From a virus (taxonomy: Duplodnaviria; Caudoviricetes), in IMG/VR virus record IMGVR_UViG_3300036779_000169, positions 1 through 33,494 of that record: a DNA stretch of 33,494 nt, one strand, 5' to 3'. Of the stretch, positions 9,744 through 17,774 are shown piece by piece; within the stretch, counting starts at the first letter, position 1, and every line of letters begins with the position of its first letter. The notes below the pieces were generated by a model. The model had not been told where the DNA came from and searched no databases. It saw only the letters and a list, made by a program, of their open reading frames with translations. A program made the position numbers and the translations under genes.

Positions 9744-10150
9744 GCAATCCCCCTTTTCAGCCGATCAGTTTCGCTCCCGGTCCTCCGACTACGCCGAAAT
9801 GGGAAGACCCGAAGAAGGTTTATGCGCCTTACAACGGCCAGACCCAAACTTCCCGCATCAACACGGCTAACCCAATGCCGCCTTGGGAGCTGGGACCCGG
9901 TCCTGCGGACCCAGCCTTGAGCGTTGTTAAAGACCGCTACACGGGTTCTGGCTACGGCCCGGTAGGACAGGGCACCCTGGGTGTCGGGAACCCCGCAGCG
10001 GTCACGCCAGGGCCTCCACCGGCCCAGGTACGGATGTACCTGCAGGGCAACAACCTGATTATTCTGGACAACAATACCGGCAACGCTTATGCGGTGCCCT
10101 TAGCGACGGCGCTCTCGGCTCAACCGGCGGTTTATTCACCAACTAAATAA
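9740..10150 (+). CDS. Pro-rich protein (paralogue), probable TTG start
   Basis: TTGA overlap with the upstream stop; PPWELGPGPADPALS motif. Confidence 0.7.
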   Translation: MSNPPFQPISFAPGPPTTPKWEDPKKVYAPYNGQTQTSRINTANPMPPWELGPGPADPALSVVKDRYTGSGYGPVGQGTLGVGNPAAVTPGPPPAQVRMYLQGNNLIILDNNTGNAYAVPLATALSAQPAVYSPTK

Positions 10151-10156
10151 GATATT

Positions 10157-10345
10157 ATGGCCGATAAGAAGAACTTCATAGCCGGGGCCATCAAGCGCCC
10201 AGGCGCACTCACTAAACGGGTAGGAGGCAAGCCCAGCGATAAACCGGGCAAGGTCGCGAAGTTAGCTAAAAAGTCAGGACTGGCTGGACAGCAGGCGCGC
10301 TTTTATGAGAATGTGCTCAAGCCTGCTAACAAGAAAAAGAAGTGA
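10157..10345 (+). CDS. Small basic protein
   Basis: MADKKNFIAGAIKRPGAL...KKKK, typical of phage structural regions. Confidence 0.75.
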   Translation: MADKKNFIAGAIKRPGALTKRVGGKPSDKPGKVAKLAKKSGLAGQQARFYENVLKPANKKKK

Positions 10346-10581
10346 ACCCGGTCAGTTCTTACTGCGGCCAGAACCAGCAACAGGCGATCACTGTCCCTCG
10401 GCGCATCGTCTATCAAAGCTATCAGTACAGCCCGGAGGAAGGTCCCTGGGCCATGCCGCCTTATGCGTCGATCTATCCTCCGGGGAGTCAACTCGAGTCC
10501 CAGGCTTTCCTGCCTCCCCCCGTCTACCTAACTGACATCTTTAGCGCCCAACAAACTTGGCCTCTGCCGCAGGCTGGATAA
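10342..10581 (+). CDS. Hypothetical protein
   Basis: GTGA overlap, tightly packed with neighbours. Confidence 0.6.
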   Translation: MNPVSSYCGQNQQQAITVPRRIVYQSYQYSPEEGPWAMPPYASIYPPGSQLESQAFLPPPVYLTDIFSAQQTWPLPQAG

Positions 10582-10812
10582 ATGGAGGATCCTCTCTGGC
10601 GAAAGATTCTGGCTTGGGGAGCGGTGGGAGTCTTCCTCACCCTGCCGGTCATCGTTTTTGTCTTTCACATCTGGAGCTTCACGGTCCCGGCTTTGGCGCT
10701 CAAAGACCATCTGACCGAGTTCAAATATCTAGGGGTTTACTACACTACTGTCACAACCCTGGTCTTCGCCCTAGCTGGGTTAAACAGTTTCGATAAACGC
10801 GACGGAAAATGA
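10582..10812 (+). CDS. Putative holin (2 TM helices)
   Basis: Two hydrophobic stretches, charged C-terminus, ATGA overlap with the lysin gene. Confidence 0.7.
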   Translation: MEDPLWRKILAWGAVGVFLTLPVIVFVFHIWSFTVPALALKDHLTEFKYLGVYYTTVTTLVFALAGLNSFDKRDGK

Positions 10813-11492
10813 TAGACCAAGATCAGCTCGTTAAAATTCGCAATGTCTTGATCGTAGCTGAACAAGGAAGGCAGAAGATGGCTTATGGGGCGGTCTATAT
10901 TTATGCGGATGGCCCTAACAATGTCCGGCAGATAACTCTCTCCATCGGTTTCACCCAGTACGGCAACCTGGGGCCGCTAGTGGCCGCTTATGCCGAGAGG
11001 ACCGGGAAATTCAGCCAGCATATCAATAAGTTTGTCGGCAAGATGCGCAACGCCGATCTAGTTAACAATGCCGAATTTATTAACTTGTTAAAAGAGGCGG
11101 GCGATGATCCGGTGATGCAGCGGGTACAGGAAGAATTATTCGATAAGTTCTATTTAGCTCCAGGGGTTAAGTGGGGCGAGGATCAAGGCTTTGTTCTGCC
11201 GCTAAGCTATCTAGTAATCTGTGACAGCTACCTGCATTCGGGCTCGATCCTACCTAGTATCCGCTCCCGGTTCCCCGAAAAGACGCCCGCTAATGGCGGG
11301 AAGGAAAAAGCCTGGATAAGCCAGTACACTGATGCTCGCCAGTACTGGTTAGCTAATCATTCGAAAAAGATACTGAACTCAACGGTTTACCGGACTAAGT
11401 ATTTCAAGGAATTGATTGCCGCCGAGGATTGGGAGTTAGATCGCTACTCCAAAATCGCCATGAACGGAGTCAGGCCTCTGGCAGTCGCCTAA
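10809..11492 (+). CDS. GH46 chitosanase-like glycosidase, putative endolysin
   Basis: VAEQG..IYADGP..RQIT..GFTQYGNL, DDPVMQRVQEELFDKFY, LPLSYLVICDSYLHSG fit the GH46 pattern. Confidence 0.8.
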   Translation: MIDQDQLVKIRNVLIVAEQGRQKMAYGAVYIYADGPNNVRQITLSIGFTQYGNLGPLVAAYAERTGKFSQHINKFVGKMRNADLVNNAEFINLLKEAGDDPVMQRVQEELFDKFYLAPGVKWGEDQGFVLPLSYLVICDSYLHSGSILPSIRSRFPEKTPANGGKEKAWISQYTDARQYWLANHSKKILNSTVYRTKYFKELIAAEDWELDRYSKIAMNGVRPLAVA

Positions 11493-11545
11493 AAATTCGA
11501 GATAGCGCTTGACACCAGAGGGCGGATCAGGAGACCTAGCTCTAT

Positions 11546-12199
11546 ATGGAACCGTTCCTTGCTCTAATTACTCCTCTCTCCGGCGGCGGTGCGCCCGGTA
11601 CTCCAACTCACCCAATCGCTCCCGGTGGCCCACCACCAGAAGTTTGGCCTGGGCCTGGATATCCAACTCATCCCATTGCGCCCGGTGGACCGCCCCCAGG
11701 AATCTGGCCAAGCCCCGGTTATCCAACTCATCCCATCGCACCCGGTGGACCGCCTCCTGGCATTTGGCCCGGTCCCGGCGCTCCCGGCCATCCGATTGCA
11801 CCCGGTGGTGGACCGAGTCACCCAATCGTGATTCCGCCTGACGCAATCAGTCCTGGGGTGCCCAGTCATCCCATCTATCTGCCACCGCCCCAGCCGGGTC
11901 ACCCGATTTTTATCCCACCTGATGCCATCGCTCCTGGGGTGCCAGAACACCCGATTGTCCTGCCGCCGCCCCAGCCGGGGCATCCAATCGTGATTCCGCC
12001 CGATGCGATTAAGCCAGGGACTCCAGAACACCCGATTGTGCTTCCGCCAGAGCCGCCTGCGGGACAAGGCTTTACGGTCGTAGTAGTCAATAACGCAACC
12101 GGCGAATTCAAGTCCGTACAATTTGTTCCAGGCGATGTCAGCCCGCCGACTTGGGCACCTGGGCCAAAAGCCGAGCAGCCACCAACTAACCCAAGTTAG
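11546..12199 (+). CDS. Pro-rich protein with ten PxHPI repeats
   Basis: Three 20-aa and three 27-aa repeat units; synonymous divergence between units; TTGACA at 11509 upstream. Confidence 0.85.
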   Translation: MEPFLALITPLSGGGAPGTPTHPIAPGGPPPEVWPGPGYPTHPIAPGGPPPGIWPSPGYPTHPIAPGGPPPGIWPGPGAPGHPIAPGGGPSHPIVIPPDAISPGVPSHPIYLPPPQPGHPIFIPPDAIAPGVPEHPIVLPPPQPGHPIVIPPDAIKPGTPEHPIVLPPEPPAGQGFTVVVVNNATGEFKSVQFVPGDVSPPTWAPGPKAEQPPTNPS

Positions 12200-12269
12200 G
12201 AGCTTGACAACTAACCCCGTTCTTTGATCGTATCGGAGAACGGCATCGAGAACTCGAAATTCATAACTC

Positions 12270-12306
12270 TTGGGGCGGGTCGTAACTGGCCCGCCCCAAC
12301 TGTTTT
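12270..12306. terminator. Intrinsic terminator between convergent genes
   Basis: TTGGGGCGGGTC-GTAACT-GGCCCGCCCCAA followed by CTGTTTT. Confidence 0.65.
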
Positions 12307-12526
12307 AACGCCGTCTCGCTTTCTTTTTCGCCCGCTTCTCGGCGGCGATAGTTCTGCGCAGGGCTTCGATATAGAGGGCGTGCAGATCGATATAAACTAA
12401 CCGTTTGCAGCGGTGCTCGCGGATAGTTAATAAGTCCCCTGGCTCTAGGGTTACTATTAGCGGACGCCGATAGTGCATGAAGTTTTTCTTGGTCTTGCGG
12501 GTGATCGGTCTTTCTAGGATTGTCAC
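12305..12526 (-). CDS. Small basic hypothetical protein
   Basis: 73-aa ORF with protein-like composition. Confidence 0.65.
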   Translation of the reverse strand: MTILERPITRKTKKNFMHYRRPLIVTLEPGDLLTIREHRCKRLVYIDLHALYIEALRRTIAAEKRAKKKARRR

Positions 12527-12669
12527 CTACCAATATACCAAATGAGAAATGTGAGTTATTAACCTCACCCCAGGGACAGGGCAGTCCATCCCCCCGAGAG
12601 AAATAAATACTTGACAAATAAAACAACCGCTTGAGGTTTAACGCTGATTTCGTGCGGGTTGCCAGTCTT

Positions 12670-13104
12670 ATGATCCAGTCGGTACTCTTTCCGTCTCCTT
12701 ATTCCGGGTGCCCCCGTTTCAGTGGCTGGCAACCTCCCCTCTGTAAACCGGCTCCTTTCCAGACGAGTTGGCCAAGCCCCTACAATGCCCCAGGAGCCCG
12801 AATGTGTGTGGACAAGACAAGACCCAAGCCACCCGTCCAAAACGTCCAGCAGGTGGCTTTCCGGCCTTCAGTGCCCTATCCTCGCTACGTCCTGGGCCCC
12901 GGCGGCGAGCCGGTTAAGCCGATGCCCAGTGCCTGGACCCAGAAGGTCGGAGTGCCGCCCTACAATCTGCGGGCTCTATCCTTCCCCTCAACGGCGCGCG
13001 GCGTTTACACCTATGGCATTACTCATGGGGTCAACGGCTCACTCATGGAGACAGTGGTCGGATCCGGCGGGCAGGCGAGCCAGCACAACCTGGGCCTTTC
13101 CTAG
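12670..13104 (+). CDS. Pro-rich hypothetical protein
   Basis: ORF downstream of TTGACA(12611)-16-GAGGTT; start uncertain. Confidence 0.6.
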   Translation: MIQSVLFPSPYSGCPRFSGWQPPLCKPAPFQTSWPSPYNAPGARMCVDKTRPKPPVQNVQQVAFRPSVPYPRYVLGPGGEPVKPMPSAWTQKVGVPPYNLRALSFPSTARGVYTYGITHGVNGSLMETVVGSGGQASQHNLGLS

Positions 13105-13601
13105 CCTTTGCCCTCGAGCATGAGCCGGATATCATGGAGGCTTTTTAGGTAGTAGAAGTCGTTATGTCGTTTGACTTCTTCGGCGAATCCGGGCGGCTCT
13201 GTGATTCCATCTCGCGCATCGCCGTCTCGAATTGTCTCTCTAGGAGTATCCGTTCGAGGTTGAGGTAAGCTTGGCTCTTCCATAGCAGGTAGGCACTCAA
13301 GGGCCCCGTTCTGGGCACCAGACTCAGGTCTTTTAGCAACTCCAGAATCTGGGTCAAAGCAATCGAGAGGGAGATCGGGTTCTTTTGCATCCGGGGCTCG
13401 ATCTACACCAATCAAGGGTTCATATGCAAGCTCGCCGGTTGGGTCATTTTTGCGAGCTTCTTGGGCCCGGACAATACGTGCTCGTGTTCGCGCTCTTTGC
13501 TTCTGGGCTCTGACCCTTTCAGGGTTTTTCTCTTTCCAGCGTTTAACTAACGCCCGGTTATGTGCGACGAGTTTTTCTTTTCCTATTGGTGGACGCCCCA
13601 T
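13101..13601 (-). CDS. Hypothetical protein with basic N-terminal helix
   Basis: MGRPP..NRALVKRWKEKNPERVR. Confidence 0.65.
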   Translation of the reverse strand: MGRPPIGKEKLVAHNRALVKRWKEKNPERVRAQKQRARTRARIVRAQEARKNDPTGELAYEPLIGVDRAPDAKEPDLPLDCFDPDSGVAKRPESGAQNGALECLPAMEEPSLPQPRTDTPRETIRDGDARDGITEPPGFAEEVKRHNDFYYLKSLHDIRLMLEGKG

Positions 13602-13638
13602 GGGTATGATATACCAAGGGTTGAATGAGCACGCAACC

Positions 13639-13806
13639 ATGAGTGAGGATTCGATTCAGCGCGAGGTACGCGTCTTGCGGGAGCAGACCCTGCTAGCGAT
13701 TGATACAATCAAGCAGCTCTTAATAAACCACACCCTCCAGTTAGAGAACTTGCAGGAACGCCTCGAGCGGTTAGAAGATGCCTTAACCCCCAAGAACAAT
13801 GGATAA
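13639..13806 (+). CDS. Small coiled-coil protein
   Basis: MSEDSIQREV..LENLQERLERLEDAL. Confidence 0.65.
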   Translation: MSEDSIQREVRVLREQTLLAIDTIKQLLINHTLQLENLQERLERLEDALTPKNNG

Positions 13807-14269
13807 TCCCTACTGGCATATTCCCGAGGGCCCAGGCCCGCACTGTCAGGTCTGCGGCGGCGCATGGCCCGACGGTCATTATCCGAACTGTCCAATCGTA
13901 ACGGGCGAAGCGGTGCCGGGAGTCGTTGGCCTGCCAGCGGGCTACCGGCAAGGGGACATAGACTTCGGCTCATTGCAGACGGCGCAGAACCTGCTTGGCC
14001 AAGGACTCCAACAGCCGATCTCTTACGAGGTCGACTTTGTCGGAGGCCCCTTGGACGGTCCTAACCCGGTGCACCCGGCGCAGAACTACAGACTTCTCAT
14101 CCAAGGCAATACTAGCGGCTACTACGAGCTGCTCAGCGATTTTAAGTACCATTGGATCGACGCAGAGGCCCTCCAGAGCGATCCTGAACCAAAAGAGGTC
14201 CCATCCACCAGGGAGGGCTTCTGGGCGCGTTTCAGGCGTTTGTGGAGGCCTCCCAGATCGAGTACATAA
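13799..14269 (+). CDS. Hypothetical protein
   Basis: 156-aa ORF; CxxC..H..C motif and FVGGPLDG motif. Confidence 0.7.
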   Translation: MDNPYWHIPEGPGPHCQVCGGAWPDGHYPNCPIVTGEAVPGVVGLPAGYRQGDIDFGSLQTAQNLLGQGLQQPISYEVDFVGGPLDGPNPVHPAQNYRLLIQGNTSGYYELLSDFKYHWIDAEALQSDPEPKEVPSTREGFWARFRRLWRPPRSST

Positions 14270-14272
14270 CAA

Positions 14273-14415
14273 TTTGAAGCGCCGGGGGAGTAATTCCGAG
14301 CTGTCTGCTCGTGCCCCATAGCGAGATCAGTGATGAAAGACGTGTCATCTGATAGGAAGACAACGGCGAAACATGAAGGGGCCCGGTGAAACCCCGGTCT
14401 CCCTCGGCCTTCAAA
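14273..14415 (+). ncRNA. Candidate structured ncRNA (cloverleaf-like with expanded central domain)
   Basis: 17-bp terminal stem with one bulged C, internal hairpins, T-loop-like CCGG-TGAAACC-CCGG; G-U pairs favour the + strand. Confidence 0.55.
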
Positions 14416-14416
14416 A

Positions 14417-14493
14417 TGTTGCCCATGGGCAACAAACCTTAAAGTCCACTTTACAGTAGGCGCCTACTGTAAAGGTTTACAAACGGCGCCGTT
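14417..14493. repeat. Cluster of three perfect palindromes (18, 26, 12 bp)
   Basis: TGTTGCCCATGGGCAACA; CTTTACAGTAGGCGCCTACTGTAAAG; AACGGCGCCGTT. Confidence 0.9.
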
Positions 14494-14497
14494 CCGT

Positions 14498-14908
14498 TCA
14501 AAAGCCCTCTACCTCAATCCCAGGTGGCCGGATGTAATAAATCTGCTGGCGGGCGCGCTTGCGCTTGACCCTGAGAAAGGTTCCATCCTTCTGGGGCAAA
14601 TAGAAGTAGCGCAGCTCAACCAGTTTATAGACCTTCTCTAAATCCGGTTGCAACCTCCGGCGCATCGATTCCGCCTTGCGATGCGCTCTCTCCCTTTCCC
14701 AGCCTTGCCCCATCAGGCGCTTCTCCACACACTGCTCAAACTCGCTCGCCGTTAACCCGTCTTCGGCCTCCCTAGCAAACCACTGGAAATAGCCCCAGGC
14801 CTCAAAGGCCGCACTCTCCGGGTCCAGTTCCTCTGCCGCCTCGTGCGAGGTCCCCGGATCAGTAGGCCGCACATAAGGACTACCCCAATCGGGCTCCTCT
14901 ATGCTCAT
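14498..14908 (-). CDS. Phage protein, possible winged helix
   Basis: RPTDPGTSHEAA motif followed by GLTASEF; GGGAGG SD upstream. Confidence 0.7.
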   Translation of the reverse strand: MSIEEPDWGSPYVRPTDPGTSHEAAEELDPESAAFEAWGYFQWFAREAEDGLTASEFEQCVEKRLMGQGWERERAHRKAESMRRRLQPDLEKVYKLVELRYFYLPQKDGTFLRVKRKRARQQIYYIRPPGIEVEGF

Positions 14909-14917
14909 AGGCCTCCC

Positions 14918-15046
14918 TCATTTCTTCTTACGCGGTTTGGTGAAATTAGGACCACGCTTAAATTTGGGCGGTCTTTCTCTGTGTCCGACCGGCAATAGCA
15001 ATGAGTCAGTTCGATTAGCTTTTTGGTTGTTGTTACGTGTTGTCAT
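14918..15046 (-). CDS. 42-aa basic micropeptide
   Basis: MTTRNNN..ERPPKFKRGPNFTKPRKKK; similar to 28127-28246. Confidence 0.55.
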   Translation of the reverse strand: MTTRNNNQKANRTDSLLLPVGHRERPPKFKRGPNFTKPRKKK

Positions 15047-15169
15047 ATTCTATAAAGAGGCTCAAGCGCCCTCCTGCCATGGCAGGCGAAGTCACAGCAG
15101 GAGGGGCTCGGGCGGCCCAGTCTCTTGCGTTGCTTGTGCTAAAAGCGAGGCAAGAGAGTCAGAAGCGTC

Positions 15170-15934
15170 TCAACGTAAAAAAACTTTTAGCACGATATCC
15201 TTGACTTCATCCTGTCCCCGGCAGGCCCAATCGACTGCCCGCTGCACCTGTGCCGGACTCAGTTCGGCCACCCGTATTCTTTCGGCAATCTCAGCCTCCA
15301 AATGCTGCAGCTGATCTTGCAGCATCTGCAGGTAATTTCGCTGGCTCACATAGCTTTTAAAGCAGTCGCGCAATATAGCTAAGGGTTCTTGATCGGGGTT
15401 CTCCACCTCAACACCCTGCTCTTTTAGTTCTACTGCCAGCTCCGGCGGCGGTGGGATCTTGATTGGTCGCCATGGTGGCTCCTCTGTGTGCGCGCCGTTA
15501 ACCGATCCCTGGCTTGCCTCCACATCGATCACTTTATTGCCCCGGCGATATTTGCCCTCTGCTTCTTGTCGCTCCGAGATCCAGCGTAACGCCTCAGTAA
15601 AACTTGGAATTCGGTCCAATTCCAACGCATGCCGTTGGTTTTCCAGCTTCGTGACAAGGAAGACACGGTTAACCGCCAGTCTGATATAGAGTCTCACGGT
15701 GGTGAGGGATATCTGGCCGTCAAAGTTTTCTTTAAACCAACGCTCCCAGCCTGCTCCGTGTTTGCCTTTTACTCTCTTTCGCGAATCAAGAAACCAATCC
15801 CCTATTTCGAGCGCATCCCAGAATACCTTATGCGCTCTTTTTAAAAGGCCGGTGTGTTTCGCTTTGATAGCTTCGATCTCTTCTGGCATAATCGGCCCCA
15901 GCTCCTTCTTGTGTTTGTCTTCGAGCGCTTTCAT
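15170..15934 (-). CDS. DUF3102-like phage protein
   Basis: ALEIGDWF..KHGAGWERWFKENF..ISLTTVRLYIRLA. Confidence 0.7.
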   Translation of the reverse strand: MKALEDKHKKELGPIMPEEIEAIKAKHTGLLKRAHKVFWDALEIGDWFLDSRKRVKGKHGAGWERWFKENFDGQISLTTVRLYIRLAVNRVFLVTKLENQRHALELDRIPSFTEALRWISERQEAEGKYRRGNKVIDVEASQGSVNGAHTEEPPWRPIKIPPPPELAVELKEQGVEVENPDQEPLAILRDCFKSYVSQRNYLQMLQDQLQHLEAEIAERIRVAELSPAQVQRAVDWACRGQDEVKDIVLKVFLR

Positions 15935-16671
15935 TTGTAAAACTTCGTGCGCGACTTTTTGATTACTTTAATCCCATCGAAGGTGATCTTATGAAACTCT
16001 TGGCCAGCATTTAAGCGGCGTTTAATTTCCCGGTTGAACCAGACTTCGTTCGGCGTCATCTCGACCGCTTCGGCTGGCAGCTTAGCCGCTTGTATCCGAC
16101 TAGTGATTTCCACCTCGTAATAGATCTCAGTGCCTAAGCCCTTTTCTGGCTTCGGTGCGACCTCTTTAGCCGCTTTCTGTAATTGCTTAGCCGCTACCGC
16201 TGCCGCCCGCTTCTTGCGCGGATCTTCCGCATACTTGGCTTCCTGCTCCTTTTCCTTAGCCAGGGCTATTAGGCGCTCTTGCTCTGCCCGCTCCCCTTCC
16301 AATTTCTGCTGCCGCCATGCGTTCACCCGTGTTCTCAGAGCACTCGAGAGCATCTGTAACTGGGTTCTCATTGGATTGAGCGCAGCACTAATCTGGCTAA
16401 GCACCCTGACCCACGGTTCCCGATGCTCACCCTCCAGTTTTTTGAGCTTCTCGATCATCGCGTCTACATCGCCATGCACTTCAATGCATTTCTGCATCTG
16501 CGCGTTGTTGCGAATAACCCGATCTTCTTTTTTGGCTTCTTCCAATAACAGTTCGCATTCAGCCTGACCGTCCCGGTTCAAGCGTACGTCGCTAAAGACC
16601 GGCGGCTTGGTAGCAGCTGCCCCGTTCACATAGTTCAATTCTAAATGATCATTTAATTCGGCTGGTTTCAT
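15931..16671 (-). CDS. Coiled-coil phage protein of the type found next to recombination genes
   Basis: ATGA overlaps at both ends; helical pattern similar to 30297-31055. Confidence 0.7.
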   Translation of the reverse strand: MKPAELNDHLELNYVNGAAATKPPVFSDVRLNRDGQAECELLLEEAKKEDRVIRNNAQMQKCIEVHGDVDAMIEKLKKLEGEHREPWVRVLSQISAALNPMRTQLQMLSSALRTRVNAWRQQKLEGERAEQERLIALAKEKEQEAKYAEDPRKKRAAAVAAKQLQKAAKEVAPKPEKGLGTEIYYEVEITSRIQAAKLPAEAVEMTPNEVWFNREIKRRLNAGQEFHKITFDGIKVIKKSRTKFYK

Positions 16672-16934
16672 GGGTGTGGGTCTCGGATTATGAACTGCAG
16701 ATGTTTGCCGCACTGAGGACATTCAATTACTGCGTAATGGATTATCGTCGGTGCCTGTAACGATGTCAAGCCGCTTTCCAAATCTACTTCAATACCCCGT
16801 TTCTGCTTCTCCCGCTCCCGCCACCGCTTCACCCGCTCCCTATTTAATCGCCGCCCCCGCTCGGCCTTCGCCTCCACTTGGATCGTCCCTCCCTCCGGCG
16901 TACTAATAATAAAATCTGACTCTTGCATTATCAT
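16668..16934 (-). CDS. Hypothetical protein (basic helix, CxxC)
   Basis: NRERVKRWRERE..IECPQCG. Confidence 0.65.
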   Translation of the reverse strand: MIMQESDFIISTPEGGTIQVEAKAERGRRLNRERVKRWREREKQKRGIEVDLESGLTSLQAPTIIHYAVIECPQCGKHLQFIIRDPHP

Positions 16935-17281
16935 CCTCTTAGCGTTACGCGTTTGTTTCGCGTGCTAATGTAACGCATCATCTTTAATGCATGCAATCCA
17001 TATCCTCCCAGTACGACCACCCCTCCCCAGATGGGACCCTTTTCCCAAAGGGGGTGGGGGTCATTTTATGAAAATCCAACTGAGCACCAGCGTGGGTGGC
17101 GCGGCTGTTCCACCACCCTTTTCCTGGGGCAATGCCCCCCCCAGTAATGCCCAAACAATGCTCGGAGGGTGACCCTCCGCCCAGGCGGCGCTGGCCCTCC
17201 CTACGTGGGGAACCTGCCCCCACTCCTGGCCGGTGCCAGGGTGGCACAGTCTATTTTATATGATCTCTATTGTATGATGTT

Positions 17282-17485
17282 ATGAAGCAAACACCTGATG
17301 ATCAACCACTTACGCCAGCTGACCCATTCGCCCTTACGCAAGAGGAGCTGGACAGGCTCGAGAAGCTCGTCCAGGCGGGCGCAGAACCCTTCTGGATGCA
17401 GGACATCCGGCTGGCGCAGCGGGCCATAGATGCCGAACGAGCACGCCTGCGGGCCGCACAATCAGGCGGCGAGGTCGACGAGTGA
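17282..17485 (+). CDS. Hypothetical protein
   Basis: MKQTPDDQPL.. helical ORF after an AT-rich tract. Confidence 0.55.
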   Translation: MKQTPDDQPLTPADPFALTQEELDRLEKLVQAGAEPFWMQDIRLAQRAIDAERARLRAAQSGGEVDE

Positions 17486-17671
17486 CGCTGCGTGCTCGAG
17501 GATCTTGCTCCTAAGGATGTCGTTCTGCAGTGTGATGGCGCACAACCGGCAAAAGATCTTGTAACAGCGGCGGCTGCAGTAGTGACGGTTGCCGCGACCG
17601 GGCGAGCGCCGGTAAGGCTTGCGGCAGATGAGGCACGGCACGAGCTTGGAAGGCAGGCCGTGGCTTCGCAT
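17462..17671 (-). CDS. Small Zn-finger protein
   Basis: CLICRKPY..HYCSRRC (TRASH-like). Confidence 0.5.
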   Translation of the reverse strand: MRSHGLPSKLVPCLICRKPYRRSPGRGNRHYCSRRCYKIFCRLCAITLQNDILRSKILEHAASLVDLAA

Positions 17672-17774
17672 GAGATTATCCTCGAAACAGATGGCGAGCT
17701 AGGAAGCCTGCTAGTAAGCCGAGGATTGAGCCGAGGATGATGTAGCAGAGGATGTCTAGCATAAGCTTTTAGGT

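Noticed and set aside
11590-12050. CRISPR-like periodic repeats
   Set aside because: Repeats are in-frame coding units with synonymous variation and no unique spacers.
14328-14372. Hammerhead ribozyme (CTGATAG..GAAAC)
   Set aside because: The core is not CUGANGA and stem II/III pairings are absent.
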